DNA of 64,000 nt from Flavobacteriales bacterium (GTDB lineage: Bacteria > Bacteroidota > Bacteroidia > Palsa-965): assembly GCA_040377305.1 (NCBI GenBank), contig JBEIPA010000010.1, positions 1 to 64,000 on the forward strand. Reading direction: 5' to 3'. Shown here piece by piece: positions 18,054 through 28,320 of this stretch. The notes below the pieces were generated by a model, which saw only the letters and a list, made by a program, of their open reading frames with translations, did no database searches and was not told the DNA's origin. The translations under genes and the position numbers were made by a program. The stretch's first letter is position 1, and each line of letters begins with the position of its first letter.

Positions 18054-19460
18054 TTAAGCCAACAAAGTCTTACGCGTCGCCTCAAGAATAGCAAATGCTT
18101 CTTCCTTACTTGCAGCTTCTGCATACGTGCGCAACACGGGTTCTGTTCCGCTTGCGCGAATCATCACCCAGGTTTCGTCGTTGAGGAAAAATTTCCAGCC
18201 GTCGAGATCTTCGACGCGTTGTACGTTGTACTTGCCGAATGATTTGTGCTTTCCGCCTTTTACGTCAGCAACAACTTTGTTCATCACAGCCTGATCAAGG
18301 TGCAAATCAATTCGCTCGAAAGAGAATGGTCCGGTGATCGCGTACACTTCGTCGATGAGCTGCTTCAGTGACTTCCCGCTCTTCGCCATGAATTCCCAGA
18401 TCACAAGTCCCATCCAGATACCGTCGCGTTCAGGAATGTGTCCTTTGATTGCGATTCCACCCGATTCTTCTCCGCCAACGAGAACATCTTCTTTCACCAT
18501 GATGCCGCAGATGTACTTGAATCCGATTTTCACCGTTTCAAGTTCAAGTCCGTAATGTTCGCACATCTTTTTAATCTTCACGGTTGTGCTGAATGCCGTA
18601 CACACTTTTCCGCTCATCTTCTTGTACTTCACGAGATAGTGAATGAGGAGAAGAATGATGTGGTGAGAATCAATGAAGTTTCCTTTGTCGTCGAAAAGGC
18701 CAATACGATCTGCGTCACCGTCTGTTGCAAGTCCGCAGTCGATATCACCCGATACACGAATCACATCTGCAAACTCCTGCAGGTTGCGAAGAATCGGTTC
18801 CGGAGCTTGTCCGTCGAATGTTGGATTGTGTTCGCAGTGAAGCAAAGTTGCATCGGGGAACAAACGACGAACTACGTTTTGTCCGGCTCCGTACATGGCG
18901 TCGTAAGCAAGATTCAATCGTGAATTGCGGATCGCATCGAGATCAAAGTTTTTCTCCACGTGTGCAACATACTCGTCTTCGAGATTGACCCACTGCAACA
19001 ATCCTTTCGCTTCGAAATCTTCGAGCTTCAACGATTCAAGCGGAGTTGCGCTCACTTCGGGAATCAATGGTTCAATCACGGCAATGCTTTCCGGATCAAG
19101 TGGTCCACCGTAACCGGCTTTCAGTTTGTAACCGTTGTATGCAGGTGGATTGTGACTCGCCGTAACTACAATTCCAAGGTCGGTGTTGTAATTTCTTGCA
19201 CCCAATGAAACCATGGGTGTGCTCACAAAATCTTTTGCGAGATAAACTTTGATACCGGCATTACAGAAAACCTTCGCTGTTGTTTCAGCAAACAATTCTC
19301 CGGCAAAGCGGCAATCGTGTCCGACTACCACCGATGGATTTTTATAGTTAGCGAGTAACCATTTTGCAGTTCCTTCAGAAACACGTGCAACGTTCTCGAC
19401 TGTGAATTCTTTTGCAATGATGGCACGCCAACCGTCGGTGCCGAATTTGATTTGGTACAT
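18054..19460 (-). CDS. Phosphoglucomutase/phosphomannomutase family protein
   Basis: FGTDGWR, catalytic TASHNP, metal loop DGDADR, GGEESG and RASGTEP. Confidence 0.96.
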   Translation of the reverse strand: MYQIKFGTDGWRAIIAKEFTVENVARVSEGTAKWLLANYKNPSVVVGHDCRFAGELFAETTAKVFCNAGIKVYLAKDFVSTPMVSLGARNYNTDLGIVVTASHNPPAYNGYKLKAGYGGPLDPESIAVIEPLIPEVSATPLESLKLEDFEAKGLLQWVNLEDEYVAHVEKNFDLDAIRNSRLNLAYDAMYGAGQNVVRRLFPDATLLHCEHNPTFDGQAPEPILRNLQEFADVIRVSGDIDCGLATDGDADRIGLFDDKGNFIDSHHIILLLIHYLVKYKKMSGKVCTAFSTTVKIKKMCEHYGLELETVKIGFKYICGIMVKEDVLVGGEESGGIAIKGHIPERDGIWMGLVIWEFMAKSGKSLKQLIDEVYAITGPFSFERIDLHLDQAVMNKVVADVKGGKHKSFGKYNVQRVEDLDGWKFFLNDETWVMIRASGTEPVLRTYAEAASKEEAFAILEATRKTLLA

Positions 19461-19739
19461 AGAGTTTTAAATAGGGCGTAAAAGTACGGAATATCGACTC
19501 TGAAATTGTGCTGGGTATAAGCGGATTTAGCTCAATTTCACGCAAAATCCCACTTATTGATCTGATTTATCGCCAAGCGAACATCAGTCTTCAATAAAAT
19601 AGTTCTAATATTGAAATCATTCTTACTCGTGATTAAGGCCGACATAAAATTCACAAATTCGCATACCTGAACAACACCGTAGGAAATCGGGACCTTATCG
19701 TGAATTCCAATTAATCCAGACCAGAACACTGCTTGTCTC

Positions 19740-20207
19740 ATGGCTATTTCAAATAATCGGGAGCAAATTATTACGCTGATCACCACTGCTTTTGAGGGCG
19801 TAACACTCGAAGACGGTGTTGGCCTAAGTGAAGCAGACGCTATTGATTCTTATGCTTCTCCCGAAACAAGAAAAGCTCTCCGGGAAAACGATGAGAAAAA
19901 CGAATGGGCCAAAATTTCTGTCGCGTCCATTAACGCGCATTATTCCAACTTAAGCTTTTTCGATGCTAAAGGAATGCGTTTTCACCTTCCCGCTTTTCTC
20001 CTTGCTGAAATAAACGGCGAATTCAATTTTGGGATGACGTTCCCTTTAGCACATCTGTCAGAATACAGAATACGGCAGTATGCTTTGCTGAACAGTGATC
20101 AACGAACAGCTGTCAGAATGTTTCTGAACTATCTTTCCGATCATCCGGATTATACGTCTGACAAACCGGAAATTGAAAGAGCGATTGAAAGGTTCTGGTC
20201 AAAGTAA
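19740..20207 (+). CDS. DUF6714-like hypothetical protein
   Basis: AFEGVTLEDGVGL and LSFFDAKGMRFHLPA motifs. Confidence 0.7.
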   Translation: MAISNNREQIITLITTAFEGVTLEDGVGLSEADAIDSYASPETRKALRENDEKNEWAKISVASINAHYSNLSFFDAKGMRFHLPAFLLAEINGEFNFGMTFPLAHLSEYRIRQYALLNSDQRTAVRMFLNYLSDHPDYTSDKPEIERAIERFWSK

Positions 20208-20264
20208 TCGAAGAAACGAAACAACATCTTAATCCATTACCAATTCAGGTACAAACTATACCTC

Positions 20265-21359
20265 ATGAGCTTTCTAAAAAACATATTCGGTGGTTCCGGT
20301 AAGAAGATCAGTTCCAACAAAGAGTTTTGGGATTGGTTTGGACAGAACCAAAGTAAGTTCGCGGAATCACTCCGGAATAACCGAAACGTTCAGGATGAAT
20401 TCATCGTGCCAGTAAACACGAAACTGAACGAGCTGCGGCAAGGATATTCTTTTCTGGCTGGTCGGGATAAAGAGGGTACGCTCGAACTCATCATTACTCC
20501 CGATGGAATTGTACAGAACGCGGTTTTCTGTGAAGAATTGGTTAAGGTAGCTCCAACAATTCCCGGGTGGACATTTCTGGCTTTGAAAAGAGAATTAGAT
20601 ATTACAAATGTGAACATTGAAATGGGCGGTGCCGTTTTTGGAAGAGAATCTCTTTCTTTCTATCCATCCGTCATTGAAGGTAAACCCGACATCATTGAAA
20701 TTTGCGTGGTGCACAATCAGTACGACAGCAAAAAACATGACCTATTCTTCAGTGGCACGTGTATCTTTCTCGATAATTATTTAGGAGAAATACGTGTAAT
20801 GACGATGATAGATAATCTGAAGGTGGAAGGTCCGGGCGGCAATCATCCGGAATTAATTCCTATTGAGAAATTAAAAGACTATTTGATTTGGAGGGAAAAG
20901 GAATTTGTGGAGAAATATTCGGGATCGCGCCGGGACACAGATAACGATGCGCATTCCACATACGAAGCAGAATTAGGTAACGGAACACCTTATATCGCAG
21001 TGATCAATACGGACGCAATAAACTGGGACGCTGTTGCTTCTCATCCGTGGATATTGCAAATCGAATCAGGTTATAATGGCAGCAAGAATAACGGACTTCC
21101 CGACGACGCCACTTATCAGCAGCTAGTTCAAATGGAAGAGGCGTTGATATCCCAATTGAAAGATGCTGATGGATACATCAATGTAGGAAGAGAAACAGGT
21201 GACAATTCGCGTATCACCTACTTCGCTTGCAAAGAATTCAGAAAGCCCGTATTAGTTGCAGAACAAATTTCAAAGCAATTTGGTATTTCGCTGGACATAA
21301 AATTTGAAATGTTCAAAGACAAGTACTGGCAGACGTTCGATCGGTTCAGGAGTAATTAG
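20265..21359 (+). CDS. DUF695-domain protein
   Basis: FWDWF, ELIITPDG, LDNYLGE, NNGLPD and terminal DKYW pattern. Confidence 0.78.
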   Translation: MSFLKNIFGGSGKKISSNKEFWDWFGQNQSKFAESLRNNRNVQDEFIVPVNTKLNELRQGYSFLAGRDKEGTLELIITPDGIVQNAVFCEELVKVAPTIPGWTFLALKRELDITNVNIEMGGAVFGRESLSFYPSVIEGKPDIIEICVVHNQYDSKKHDLFFSGTCIFLDNYLGEIRVMTMIDNLKVEGPGGNHPELIPIEKLKDYLIWREKEFVEKYSGSRRDTDNDAHSTYEAELGNGTPYIAVINTDAINWDAVASHPWILQIESGYNGSKNNGLPDDATYQQLVQMEEALISQLKDADGYINVGRETGDNSRITYFACKEFRKPVLVAEQISKQFGISLDIKFEMFKDKYWQTFDRFRSN

Positions 21360-21379
21360 TGGGAGTTAACATTTAAAGC

Positions 21380-21793
21380 TTGCTGAAACATTTTACCAGG
21401 TATCTACTTGTTAACCTCCTGCTCCTTACAATTATGGGAGCTGGTATTCTCATTCTTGTGGGTGCAAGATGGTTTGAAATATTTCATAGCAACTTGCTGA
21501 TTGGATTGTGTGTAATCGGAATGGTGGTTCTCTCCCTTCAGTATCCTTTACTGTTGCTTACAAAGAATTGGCTTGTGCGTTTTCTAATCTTCTTGCTGGG
21601 CATGGTATTAGGACTATTTCTTTTCGGAATGTTCCTCAGTTATGATTCCGTTGGGCACTCATTTTCGCAAATGCTCAGCGGGTGTGTACTGGTTATGATG
21701 TTCGGTGGAATATTCGGATTTCTCCCGTATGGAGGTATTGTTCTGATCAATTGGTGGCTGGAAGATCATTTCTTTCCAAAAAGTAAATCTTAG
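21380..21793 (+). CDS. Small four-TM membrane protein
   Basis: Four hydrophobic segments; co-oriented with its neighbours. Confidence 0.65.
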   Translation: MLKHFTRYLLVNLLLLTIMGAGILILVGARWFEIFHSNLLIGLCVIGMVVLSLQYPLLLLTKNWLVRFLIFLLGMVLGLFLFGMFLSYDSVGHSFSQMLSGCVLVMMFGGIFGFLPYGGIVLINWWLEDHFFPKSKS

Positions 21794-21880
21794 TCATCAA
21801 TTCTATTCCTAATTTAGTCTGACATATCGTGTATCAGTAACGGGCTAGTTCACACCTGCGCCGCTTTTTGAAACCCAAAA

Positions 21881-23236
21881 ATGAAACATACTTTCTCACT
21901 TCTGGCAATTTCCATAACCGCCTTGTTCCTCTCCCCTTCTGCAAACGCACAAATTACTCCTGCGAACAACAAGCTAGGACTTGCAGTGTACACTCCACCT
22001 CAAAACCCTTCGTTTGATTTCGATTCCTGCTTTCATCTTGGTCAGATTTCCGGAATGAATGAATATCAATTTTCACTCGACTGGTCGACACTTGAACCCA
22101 CTGCTGGAACATTCGACTTTACGTACATAGATGTAGCCAATTACTATTTTCCGCTGTATAACATGCCTGTGAATCTGGTGCTGGCACCAATCAGTACAAA
22201 CGTAAATGAATTGCCCGCCGACCTGACCGCTGTAGCATTTAATGATACTGTGATGATCAATCGCTTTAATGCGTTACTGGACAGCATTCATGTTCATGCA
22301 CCGGCGTTAACCATTTCATCATTGGTAATCGGGAATGAAATCGACGTCTATCTTGGTAGTAACGCGACCAACTGGGCAAATTACACCACCTTCCTTGCTG
22401 CTACATCTGCACACGCACAAACCTTGTGGCCCGGAATCAAAATCGCCTGTAAAATTACTTTCAAAGGGTTGATGAATAATCCTACCGCAACCTATGCGCA
22501 GCAAATCAATACGTACTGCGACTATATTGGTACAACGTACTATCCGCTGAACAACGATTTTACAGTGCAACCGGTGTCTGTAGTTGCCAACGACTTTGAT
22601 AGCATTGTGGTTGCGTATCCCAACAAACCCATTTGCTTTTACGAATGTGGTTATCCATCATCTCCTGCCTGCAACAGTTCTGATTCGTTGCAGAAAGAAT
22701 TCGTGACGCAGATTTTTGCAAGTTGGGATGCGCATGCGTCCAATATCCGGATGGTCGATTTTCTATGGCTGCATGATCTGGACACCGCAACGATCAACTT
22801 CTTTGCGCTGTACTACGGAAGCAGCGACACCGTTTTCCTTGAATACCTGCGCACGTTGGGGCTCCGCACATGGGGTGGAAACGGTACGGATAAACCGGCT
22901 TTTGTTGAATTGCAGTGTCAAGCCCGGCAGCACGGATACAACAACCTTCCTATCAATTGCACAACCGGAATTCCCGAAGCGCATGATGAAAATTCACAAC
23001 AATTAATCCTTAGTCCGAATCCGGCACAAAACGACTTGACTATTCAATCATCAGTCGAATTAATTGATGCCGACCTGAAAGTCTTCAACTCGACCGGTCA
23101 ATTGGTGATGTGCATACGCTCAACCAGCCAAACAGTAGTTCATGTTAACACCAGTGACTTGAGCAGCGGAGTGTATTATCTCACACTTAACTCGGGTGAT
23201 CAGCAGTTCAGCAATCGCTTTATCATCTCTAAATAA
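21881..23236 (+). CDS. T9SS-secreted clan GH-A glycoside hydrolase-like protein (type A CTD)
   Basis: Signal peptide, GNEID and FYECGY catalytic-like motifs, C-terminal SPNPA...LSSGVYY...RFIISK. Confidence 0.82.
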   Translation: MKHTFSLLAISITALFLSPSANAQITPANNKLGLAVYTPPQNPSFDFDSCFHLGQISGMNEYQFSLDWSTLEPTAGTFDFTYIDVANYYFPLYNMPVNLVLAPISTNVNELPADLTAVAFNDTVMINRFNALLDSIHVHAPALTISSLVIGNEIDVYLGSNATNWANYTTFLAATSAHAQTLWPGIKIACKITFKGLMNNPTATYAQQINTYCDYIGTTYYPLNNDFTVQPVSVVANDFDSIVVAYPNKPICFYECGYPSSPACNSSDSLQKEFVTQIFASWDAHASNIRMVDFLWLHDLDTATINFFALYYGSSDTVFLEYLRTLGLRTWGGNGTDKPAFVELQCQARQHGYNNLPINCTTGIPEAHDENSQQLILSPNPAQNDLTIQSSVELIDADLKVFNSTGQLVMCIRSTSQTVVHVNTSDLSSGVYYLTLNSGDQQFSNRFIISK

Positions 23237-23335
23237 TTGCGAACAACTCTGTCGTCTCAGCACCTGATCTTTGTCACTTGCATTGTTATTAATTAAGACA
23301 ACCTTTGTACATAACACTGAACCGATACAAAGCCC

Positions 23336-24241
23336 ATGGAATTCATCGATTACTACAAAATTCTTGGGTTAAGCAAAACGGCTTCTCCTGACGAAATTAA
23401 GAAAGCATACAGGAAACTTGCGCGGAAGTATCATCCTGATCTCAATCCCGGCGATAAAGAAGCCGAGAAGAAATTCAAAGAGATCAACGAGGCGAATGAA
23501 GTACTGAGTGATGCGGAGAACCGGAAGAAATATGATCAGTACGGAGCCGATTGGAAACACTCCGAGCAGTTTGAAGCAGCGAAGAAACAACAACAATCAC
23601 AGCGGAGTTCGCAGCAGCAATCGTATACCGGCGGATTCGGTGATGAAGGAGATTTTTCCGAATACTTTGAATCCATGTTTGGTGGCGGAGGACGACAGCA
23701 ACGTAGTAATACTCGATTCAGAGGACAGGATGTTCGTGCAGAACTTCACTTGAAGCTGACGGATGTTGCGACCACACAAAAGCAAACGATCACGGTAAAC
23801 GGAAAAAGTATTCGCCTTACGTTTCCTGCGGGAATTGAAAACGGTCAGGTGATTAAAATTGCCGGACACGGTTCTCCTGGTTTGAATGGTGGTCCGAACG
23901 GAGATTTGTATATCACATTCTCTATCGAAAACAATACGAAGTTTAAGCGCGATGGCGGCAATCTATACGCGACAGTGAGCATTGATCTTTATACAGCACT
24001 TCTCGGCGGAGAAATTCAGGTGGACACTCTGGATTCTAAAGTGAAACTGAAGGTCGCACCCGAAACTCAATCGGGAACCACGGTTAAACTCAAAGGAAAA
24101 GGATTTCCGGTGTACAAACAGGAAGGACAGTTCGGCGATCTATTTGTTACGTATCAGGTAGACTTACCGAAACAGCTCACCGATGAAGAGAGAGAATTAT
24201 TTCAGCAACTTAAAAAACTGAGAACCTATGGCAACTCGTAG
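23336..24241 (+). CDS. cbpA: DnaJ-class co-chaperone CbpA
   Basis: J domain with HPD, no zinc finger, DnaJ C-terminal domain; followed by a cbpM-like gene. Confidence 0.9.
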   Translation: MEFIDYYKILGLSKTASPDEIKKAYRKLARKYHPDLNPGDKEAEKKFKEINEANEVLSDAENRKKYDQYGADWKHSEQFEAAKKQQQSQRSSQQQSYTGGFGDEGDFSEYFESMFGGGGRQQRSNTRFRGQDVRAELHLKLTDVATTQKQTITVNGKSIRLTFPAGIENGQVIKIAGHGSPGLNGGPNGDLYITFSIENNTKFKRDGGNLYATVSIDLYTALLGGEIQVDTLDSKVKLKVAPETQSGTTVKLKGKGFPVYKQEGQFGDLFVTYQVDLPKQLTDEERELFQQLKKLRTYGNS

Positions 24242-24521
24242 TCTCATTCAGATCGAACAGGTGTGCATGCATTGCGGGGTTGATGTTACATTCATTCACT
24301 CCCTGCACGATCTCGGTCATGTCGAAGTGATTATTGAAAACGACAATCACTTTATAGACGAGTCACAACTGAAAATGCTGGAGCAGATGATATACTTCCA
24401 TTCGGAACTTCAGATTAACCTGGAAGGAATAGATGCCATAGCCCACCTGCTCAGAAAAATCGAAAATCTGCAAGAGGAACTGATTGCTACGCGGAATAAG
24501 GTGGATGCACTTTTACGGTAA
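24228..24521 (+). CDS. cbpM: Chaperone modulator CbpM (MerR-like)
   Basis: 97 aa with [12 protein letters not shown] and a coiled-coil tail; overlaps cbpA. Confidence 0.85.
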   Translation: MATRSLIQIEQVCMHCGVDVTFIHSLHDLGHVEVIIENDNHFIDESQLKMLEQMIYFHSELQINLEGIDAIAHLLRKIENLQEELIATRNKVDALLR

Positions 24522-24533
24522 TGTTCCAGGAAA

Positions 24534-24584
24534 CTACTTCTTAATTCCCGCTTTATCCAACGCCGCTCTAAATTCCCGCGCATT
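24534..24584 (-). repeat. Duplicate of the last 17 codons of mltG
   Basis: Encodes NAREFRAALDKAGIKK*, 46/51 nt identical to 25109-25159; all differences are silent. Confidence 0.92.
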
Positions 24585-24734
24585 CCTGTCAAGTTGAGGC
24601 AGTCCGCAGAAAAAAATTGGCGTTGCCCCAGCGTTTCTGGTGAGGTCAACATACTCTGCGAGCAGCAAGTTGCTGTCAAGTTCTGAGAAACCGTAACTTA
24701 TCTCGCCTCCTGCATTATACCATAAATCAGAAAT

Positions 24735-25094
24735 ATGATTAAACTATACCTTACGTCACTTCTCAGTGTAATGTGCATTTCACTAAACGCGCAAAACGTA
24801 GTCGGAACTTATGTGGACCTTACACAATCTGATAAAGAAATCGATAGCCTGATTCTTCTTTCCGACTCCACCTACCGCTATGCTTTTTACTATCCAAAAT
24901 ATGCGGTGTCGGAATATTATACGGGTAAATGGAATTATGTCAATGGCGAAATCATTCTGGAAAACGCAGGATTATCCAAACCCGCATTTATTCTGACCCC
25001 TTTGATCAATCAGGAAAAAGTAATCCAGTTGCAGATGAGAGAAGCAAAACTTCGTAAGAAGAAAAAAGGTCAGGTGCTGAAGCGATCAGAATAA
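24735..25094 (+). CDS. Small secreted hypothetical protein
   Basis: Signal peptide ending NAQ; GTY...L.LLSDSTY...GKW pattern of small beta-barrel (lipocalin-like) domains. Confidence 0.7.
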   Translation: MIKLYLTSLLSVMCISLNAQNVVGTYVDLTQSDKEIDSLILLSDSTYRYAFYYPKYAVSEYYTGKWNYVNGEIILENAGLSKPAFILTPLINQEKVIQLQMREAKLRKKKKGQVLKRSE

Positions 25095-25108
25095 TTTCGG
25101 GTGTACCG

Positions 25109-26164
25109 TCACTTTTTAATCCCCGCTTTATCCAACGCCGCTCTAAACTCCCGCGCATTCTTCAGGTGCTGATCGTAATCGGCAGTGAAGTTGTGCAAGC
25201 CCGTTCCGTATTCTGCGCACATGAAGATGTAATTGTTCTCGTCGCGATCGAGCACAGCGTCAATGCTTGCTTTCTCCGGAAGAAGAATGGGTCCCGGAGG
25301 TAAGCCAGCGTGCAAGTATGTGTTGTACGGCGATTCGAATTTCAGATCGGCGGAGAGGACACGGTTGATAGAGAAATCACCAATGGCGTAAATCACGGTT
25401 GGATCTGATTCGAGTCTCATGCCCTTTCTCAGTCGATTGAGATATAATCCTGCAATGATCTTGCGCTCTTCCACGTGATTGCGCTGTTCGGATTCAACAA
25501 TTGAAGCCAACGTTGAAACTTCACTTTGTGTTAAGCCAAGATCCTGTGCTTTCTTCTTGCGCTCATCGGTCCAGAACTTCTTGTACTCATCGGCCATGCG
25601 CGTGAAGAATTCATCGGCAGTTGTGTTCCAATAGAACTCATACGTATCCGGAATGAACATGGTAAGGAAAGTTTCATCCGTGAATCCATACTTCGCTGCA
25701 TACGAGTCGTCTTCAAGGAGCGTCACAATCTCCAGTGAATCGCATTCGAGGTAACGGGAAACCTGTCGCGCGAGATCCTGCTTCGTACGAACGGTGTTGA
25801 ATGTGATGTTGACTGGTTCCTGCAATCCCGCCATGAACATGTTGATGAGCTCACGATACGTCATTCCCTCCCGTATGCGGTAGCGACCCGGTTTTGGATT
25901 CTCAAACTTCTTCAGTTTGGCAGTGAATTCAAAATCTTTGCGGCTCTTGATGATCTTCTTCACTTCGAGATCTTCTACCAGTTGATCGTACGTCGTTCCG
26001 GTGTGAACATAGAACACGCCTTTCTCCTCGCCGAGATTCGTGCCGGATTTGTAGTAGATCTTATAGAGCCACCACGCACCGTACGCGCCGGGAATGCTGA
26101 GAATCAGCAAGGCAATTAATGTTATTTTCTTCCAGCGTTTCACTCTCTCTTCTACTCTACTCAT
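25109..26164 (-). CDS. mltG: Endolytic transglycosylase MltG
   Basis: N-terminal TM, PDTYEF, LASIVESE, NRLRKGMRLESDPT and SPYNTY..GLPPGPI. Start moved to MSRVEE. Confidence 0.96.
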   Translation of the reverse strand: MSRVEERVKRWKKITLIALLILSIPGAYGAWWLYKIYYKSGTNLGEEKGVFYVHTGTTYDQLVEDLEVKKIIKSRKDFEFTAKLKKFENPKPGRYRIREGMTYRELINMFMAGLQEPVNITFNTVRTKQDLARQVSRYLECDSLEIVTLLEDDSYAAKYGFTDETFLTMFIPDTYEFYWNTTADEFFTRMADEYKKFWTDERKKKAQDLGLTQSEVSTLASIVESEQRNHVEERKIIAGLYLNRLRKGMRLESDPTVIYAIGDFSINRVLSADLKFESPYNTYLHAGLPPGPILLPEKASIDAVLDRDENNYIFMCAEYGTGLHNFTADYDQHLKNAREFRAALDKAGIKK

Positions 26165-26180
26165 ATTGCGCCTGCGGCGC

Positions 26181-26270
26181 TTTGCCACAGATTCGCAGAT
26201 CACAACAATTATCAATCAACACTCAAACAAAAATTTGCGCAATCCGCGTAATCTGCGAATCTGTGGCAAA
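26181..26270. repeat. Perfect 20-bp inverted repeat with periodic arms
   Basis: TTTGCCACAGATTCGCAGAT (26181-26200) / ATCTGCGAATCTGTGGCAAA (26251-26270). Confidence 0.9.
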
Positions 26271-26280
26271 AAGCGTAGCG

Positions 26281-28320
26281 CTACGGGTTACGCAACATCT
26301 GCTGCAACTGCGTTCTTGTTTGCGTGGCGCGAAGATCGGATGGATTCCTCGCCAATACAACATTCACATACTTTAATGCTTCCTGGTAGTCTTTTCTAAA
26401 AATATAAAGTCCTGCGGTATTCATGAGCGCATTTTGATCATCCGGATCGTATTTCAGAGCATCTGTATACATTTTTTCTGCCATTGCATCGTTTCCTGCA
26501 CTCAGCCAGAGATATCCCAAACTGGATAACGCAGAAACATACATGGGATATTGTTTAATCACTTCTTCGTATTGCGTTTTAGCTTCTGCGTTTTTTTGTC
26601 CGGTTGCGAGCGCTAACGCATACTTCGCTCGGAAGTCGGGAATGAATTGCGCAAGATCCACAGCCTTTTTATAAAACACTTCAGAAGTTGCAGCATCACC
26701 TGAATTGAAATACGCCTCCCCTATTCTGTACGCTGTCCATGCATCTTCGTTGTCGAATGAAGTATGTGTGAGCAATGTGTCGTTGATCCACTGACGATCA
26801 ATCCCGGTGACGAAAGAACGCAGGGAATTGTAATCGCCGCGCAGAAAATAATAATGAACGAGCGATGAAAAATTCTTCTTCGAATCCTGCATCGACTGCG
26901 AAGGCAGATATTTGATTGCGGAATCGAGCAACTGACGATCGTGATCGAACTTTTCGTAATGCTGCAAATAGGCTTTTGCAACAATATCTGCCGAAGGATT
27001 TTTCTCGTTCACCGCGTACAAACCGAGAAACTTTGAAATGCTGTCGGCAGTACTCTCTGCAATTTCTGCTTTTGCATTTCTGCGGATGTAGTGATCATGC
27101 ACTGTTACGTGTGGAATGTCAATTGAACCCGTGCTCGGCATGTGGCAACTCACGCAATTATTTTCTTCGGCAACAATCTTCGCCGGATCTTCCGTGCATT
27201 TCACGAGTTTACTTCTGCCGCCTTCGTGACAACTCACGCACTTCGCATTAAATGTTGCATCGCCGGTTGATTTTACTGAAACGTGCGGATCATGACAAGT
27301 AACACAGGTCATTGCATTCTTGTACGGACGCAATGAATCTGTAGTCGCTACACGATTCCTTTCCGTTTCCAGAAAACACGGACTCATTTTTAATCGCTCA
27401 GCGTGGGATGCCATGATGAATTGATCTTCCGCTCCTTCGTACTTCGGCATGAAGACTGTCATCACCGTGTTCAATTCCATTCCAGGGCGGAAATCATAGA
27501 AGGACTTTCCGGGTTTGAGAACAGCATTACCTTGCAAATGACATCGTTGACAAACATCGAACTGTAGTTCCGGCGAAAGCTTCCCTGGATTTACAATCGT
27601 GTAGTCGATGTACAACGAAGTATCCACTTTATTATTCGCAAGTTTATCGGTAACGTGAATAGATCCCGGACCGTGACAACGTTCGCAGCCAATTCCGTTT
27701 GGAACAGATTCGTATTTGTTCTCTGAACCTTTCACGAAATCGGGAAGAGAATTGTGACAACTCATACATTCTAATCCGATCTTGCGAGAGAAACGGGAAT
27801 TGTATCCGTTCTCAAATCCCGGAGGTAAATCCCAGTGCTCCTTCTGCGCGTAATAGGTCATCGGCATCTGAAAGAAGAAGCCGTTTACGCTGTACATGTG
27901 CGAGTTCGTGTGTTGTCCTGAACCAACGATGTATTCCACTTTTTCTGTTCTCGAATACGTTGTGTCCTTTCCGGCGAGTCGGAACTCGTGAATGTACATG
28001 ATAGAGTCTTTGAAATAACTCTCGTACCAGAAGTCGCTGTACTTGTCGTAAATGATGGATTCGCTTCCGAAATGCGCAACAGATTTCTCGGCCGTTGCAT
28101 GTTCGAACGACTGCCCCATTCCGGTTTGAATGAAAGTCTCGTAAACTTCCTGATGACATGAACGGCACTGATCCATGCCTACATACTCAGCACTGTCGTG
28201 ATGGTTCAGCCAGGGATCATTCGCGATTACAACATCGTCTGCAGGATCATCGCCGCAAGAATAGAAAAATCCTAATCCGGCAATAGCAATAAGTGTTATG
28301 ATCCCCCAGGTTCGCTTCAT
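26281..28320 (-). CDS. Multiheme c-type cytochrome lipoprotein with C-terminal TPRs
   Basis: Lipobox FYSC; seven CxxCH motifs (CRSCH, CMSCH, CERCH, CQRCH, CVTCH, CVSCH x2); TPR-like helical repeats. Confidence 0.9.
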   Translation of the reverse strand: MKRTWGIITLIAIAGLGFFYSCGDDPADDVVIANDPWLNHHDSAEYVGMDQCRSCHQEVYETFIQTGMGQSFEHATAEKSVAHFGSESIIYDKYSDFWYESYFKDSIMYIHEFRLAGKDTTYSRTEKVEYIVGSGQHTNSHMYSVNGFFFQMPMTYYAQKEHWDLPPGFENGYNSRFSRKIGLECMSCHNSLPDFVKGSENKYESVPNGIGCERCHGPGSIHVTDKLANNKVDTSLYIDYTIVNPGKLSPELQFDVCQRCHLQGNAVLKPGKSFYDFRPGMELNTVMTVFMPKYEGAEDQFIMASHAERLKMSPCFLETERNRVATTDSLRPYKNAMTCVTCHDPHVSVKSTGDATFNAKCVSCHEGGRSKLVKCTEDPAKIVAEENNCVSCHMPSTGSIDIPHVTVHDHYIRRNAKAEIAESTADSISKFLGLYAVNEKNPSADIVAKAYLQHYEKFDHDRQLLDSAIKYLPSQSMQDSKKNFSSLVHYYFLRGDYNSLRSFVTGIDRQWINDTLLTHTSFDNEDAWTAYRIGEAYFNSGDAATSEVFYKKAVDLAQFIPDFRAKYALALATGQKNAEAKTQYEEVIKQYPMYVSALSSLGYLWLSAGNDAMAEKMYTDALKYDPDDQNALMNTAGLYIFRKDYQEALKYVNVVLARNPSDLRATQTRTQLQQMLRNP

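Noticed and set aside
19521-19550. GCGGATTTAGCTCA resembling a tRNA 5' end
   Set aside because: The downstream sequence does not form a cloverleaf.
19538-19786. 82-aa minus-strand ORF and the many other short antisense or overlapping ORFs in the track
   Set aside because: They are shadows of well-supported genes or lack any motif or plausible start context.
26165-26215. Extended mltG start MIIVVICESVAK
   Set aside because: Read-through of the CGCAGAT repeat arm; the ATG at 26164 gives a normal N-terminus.
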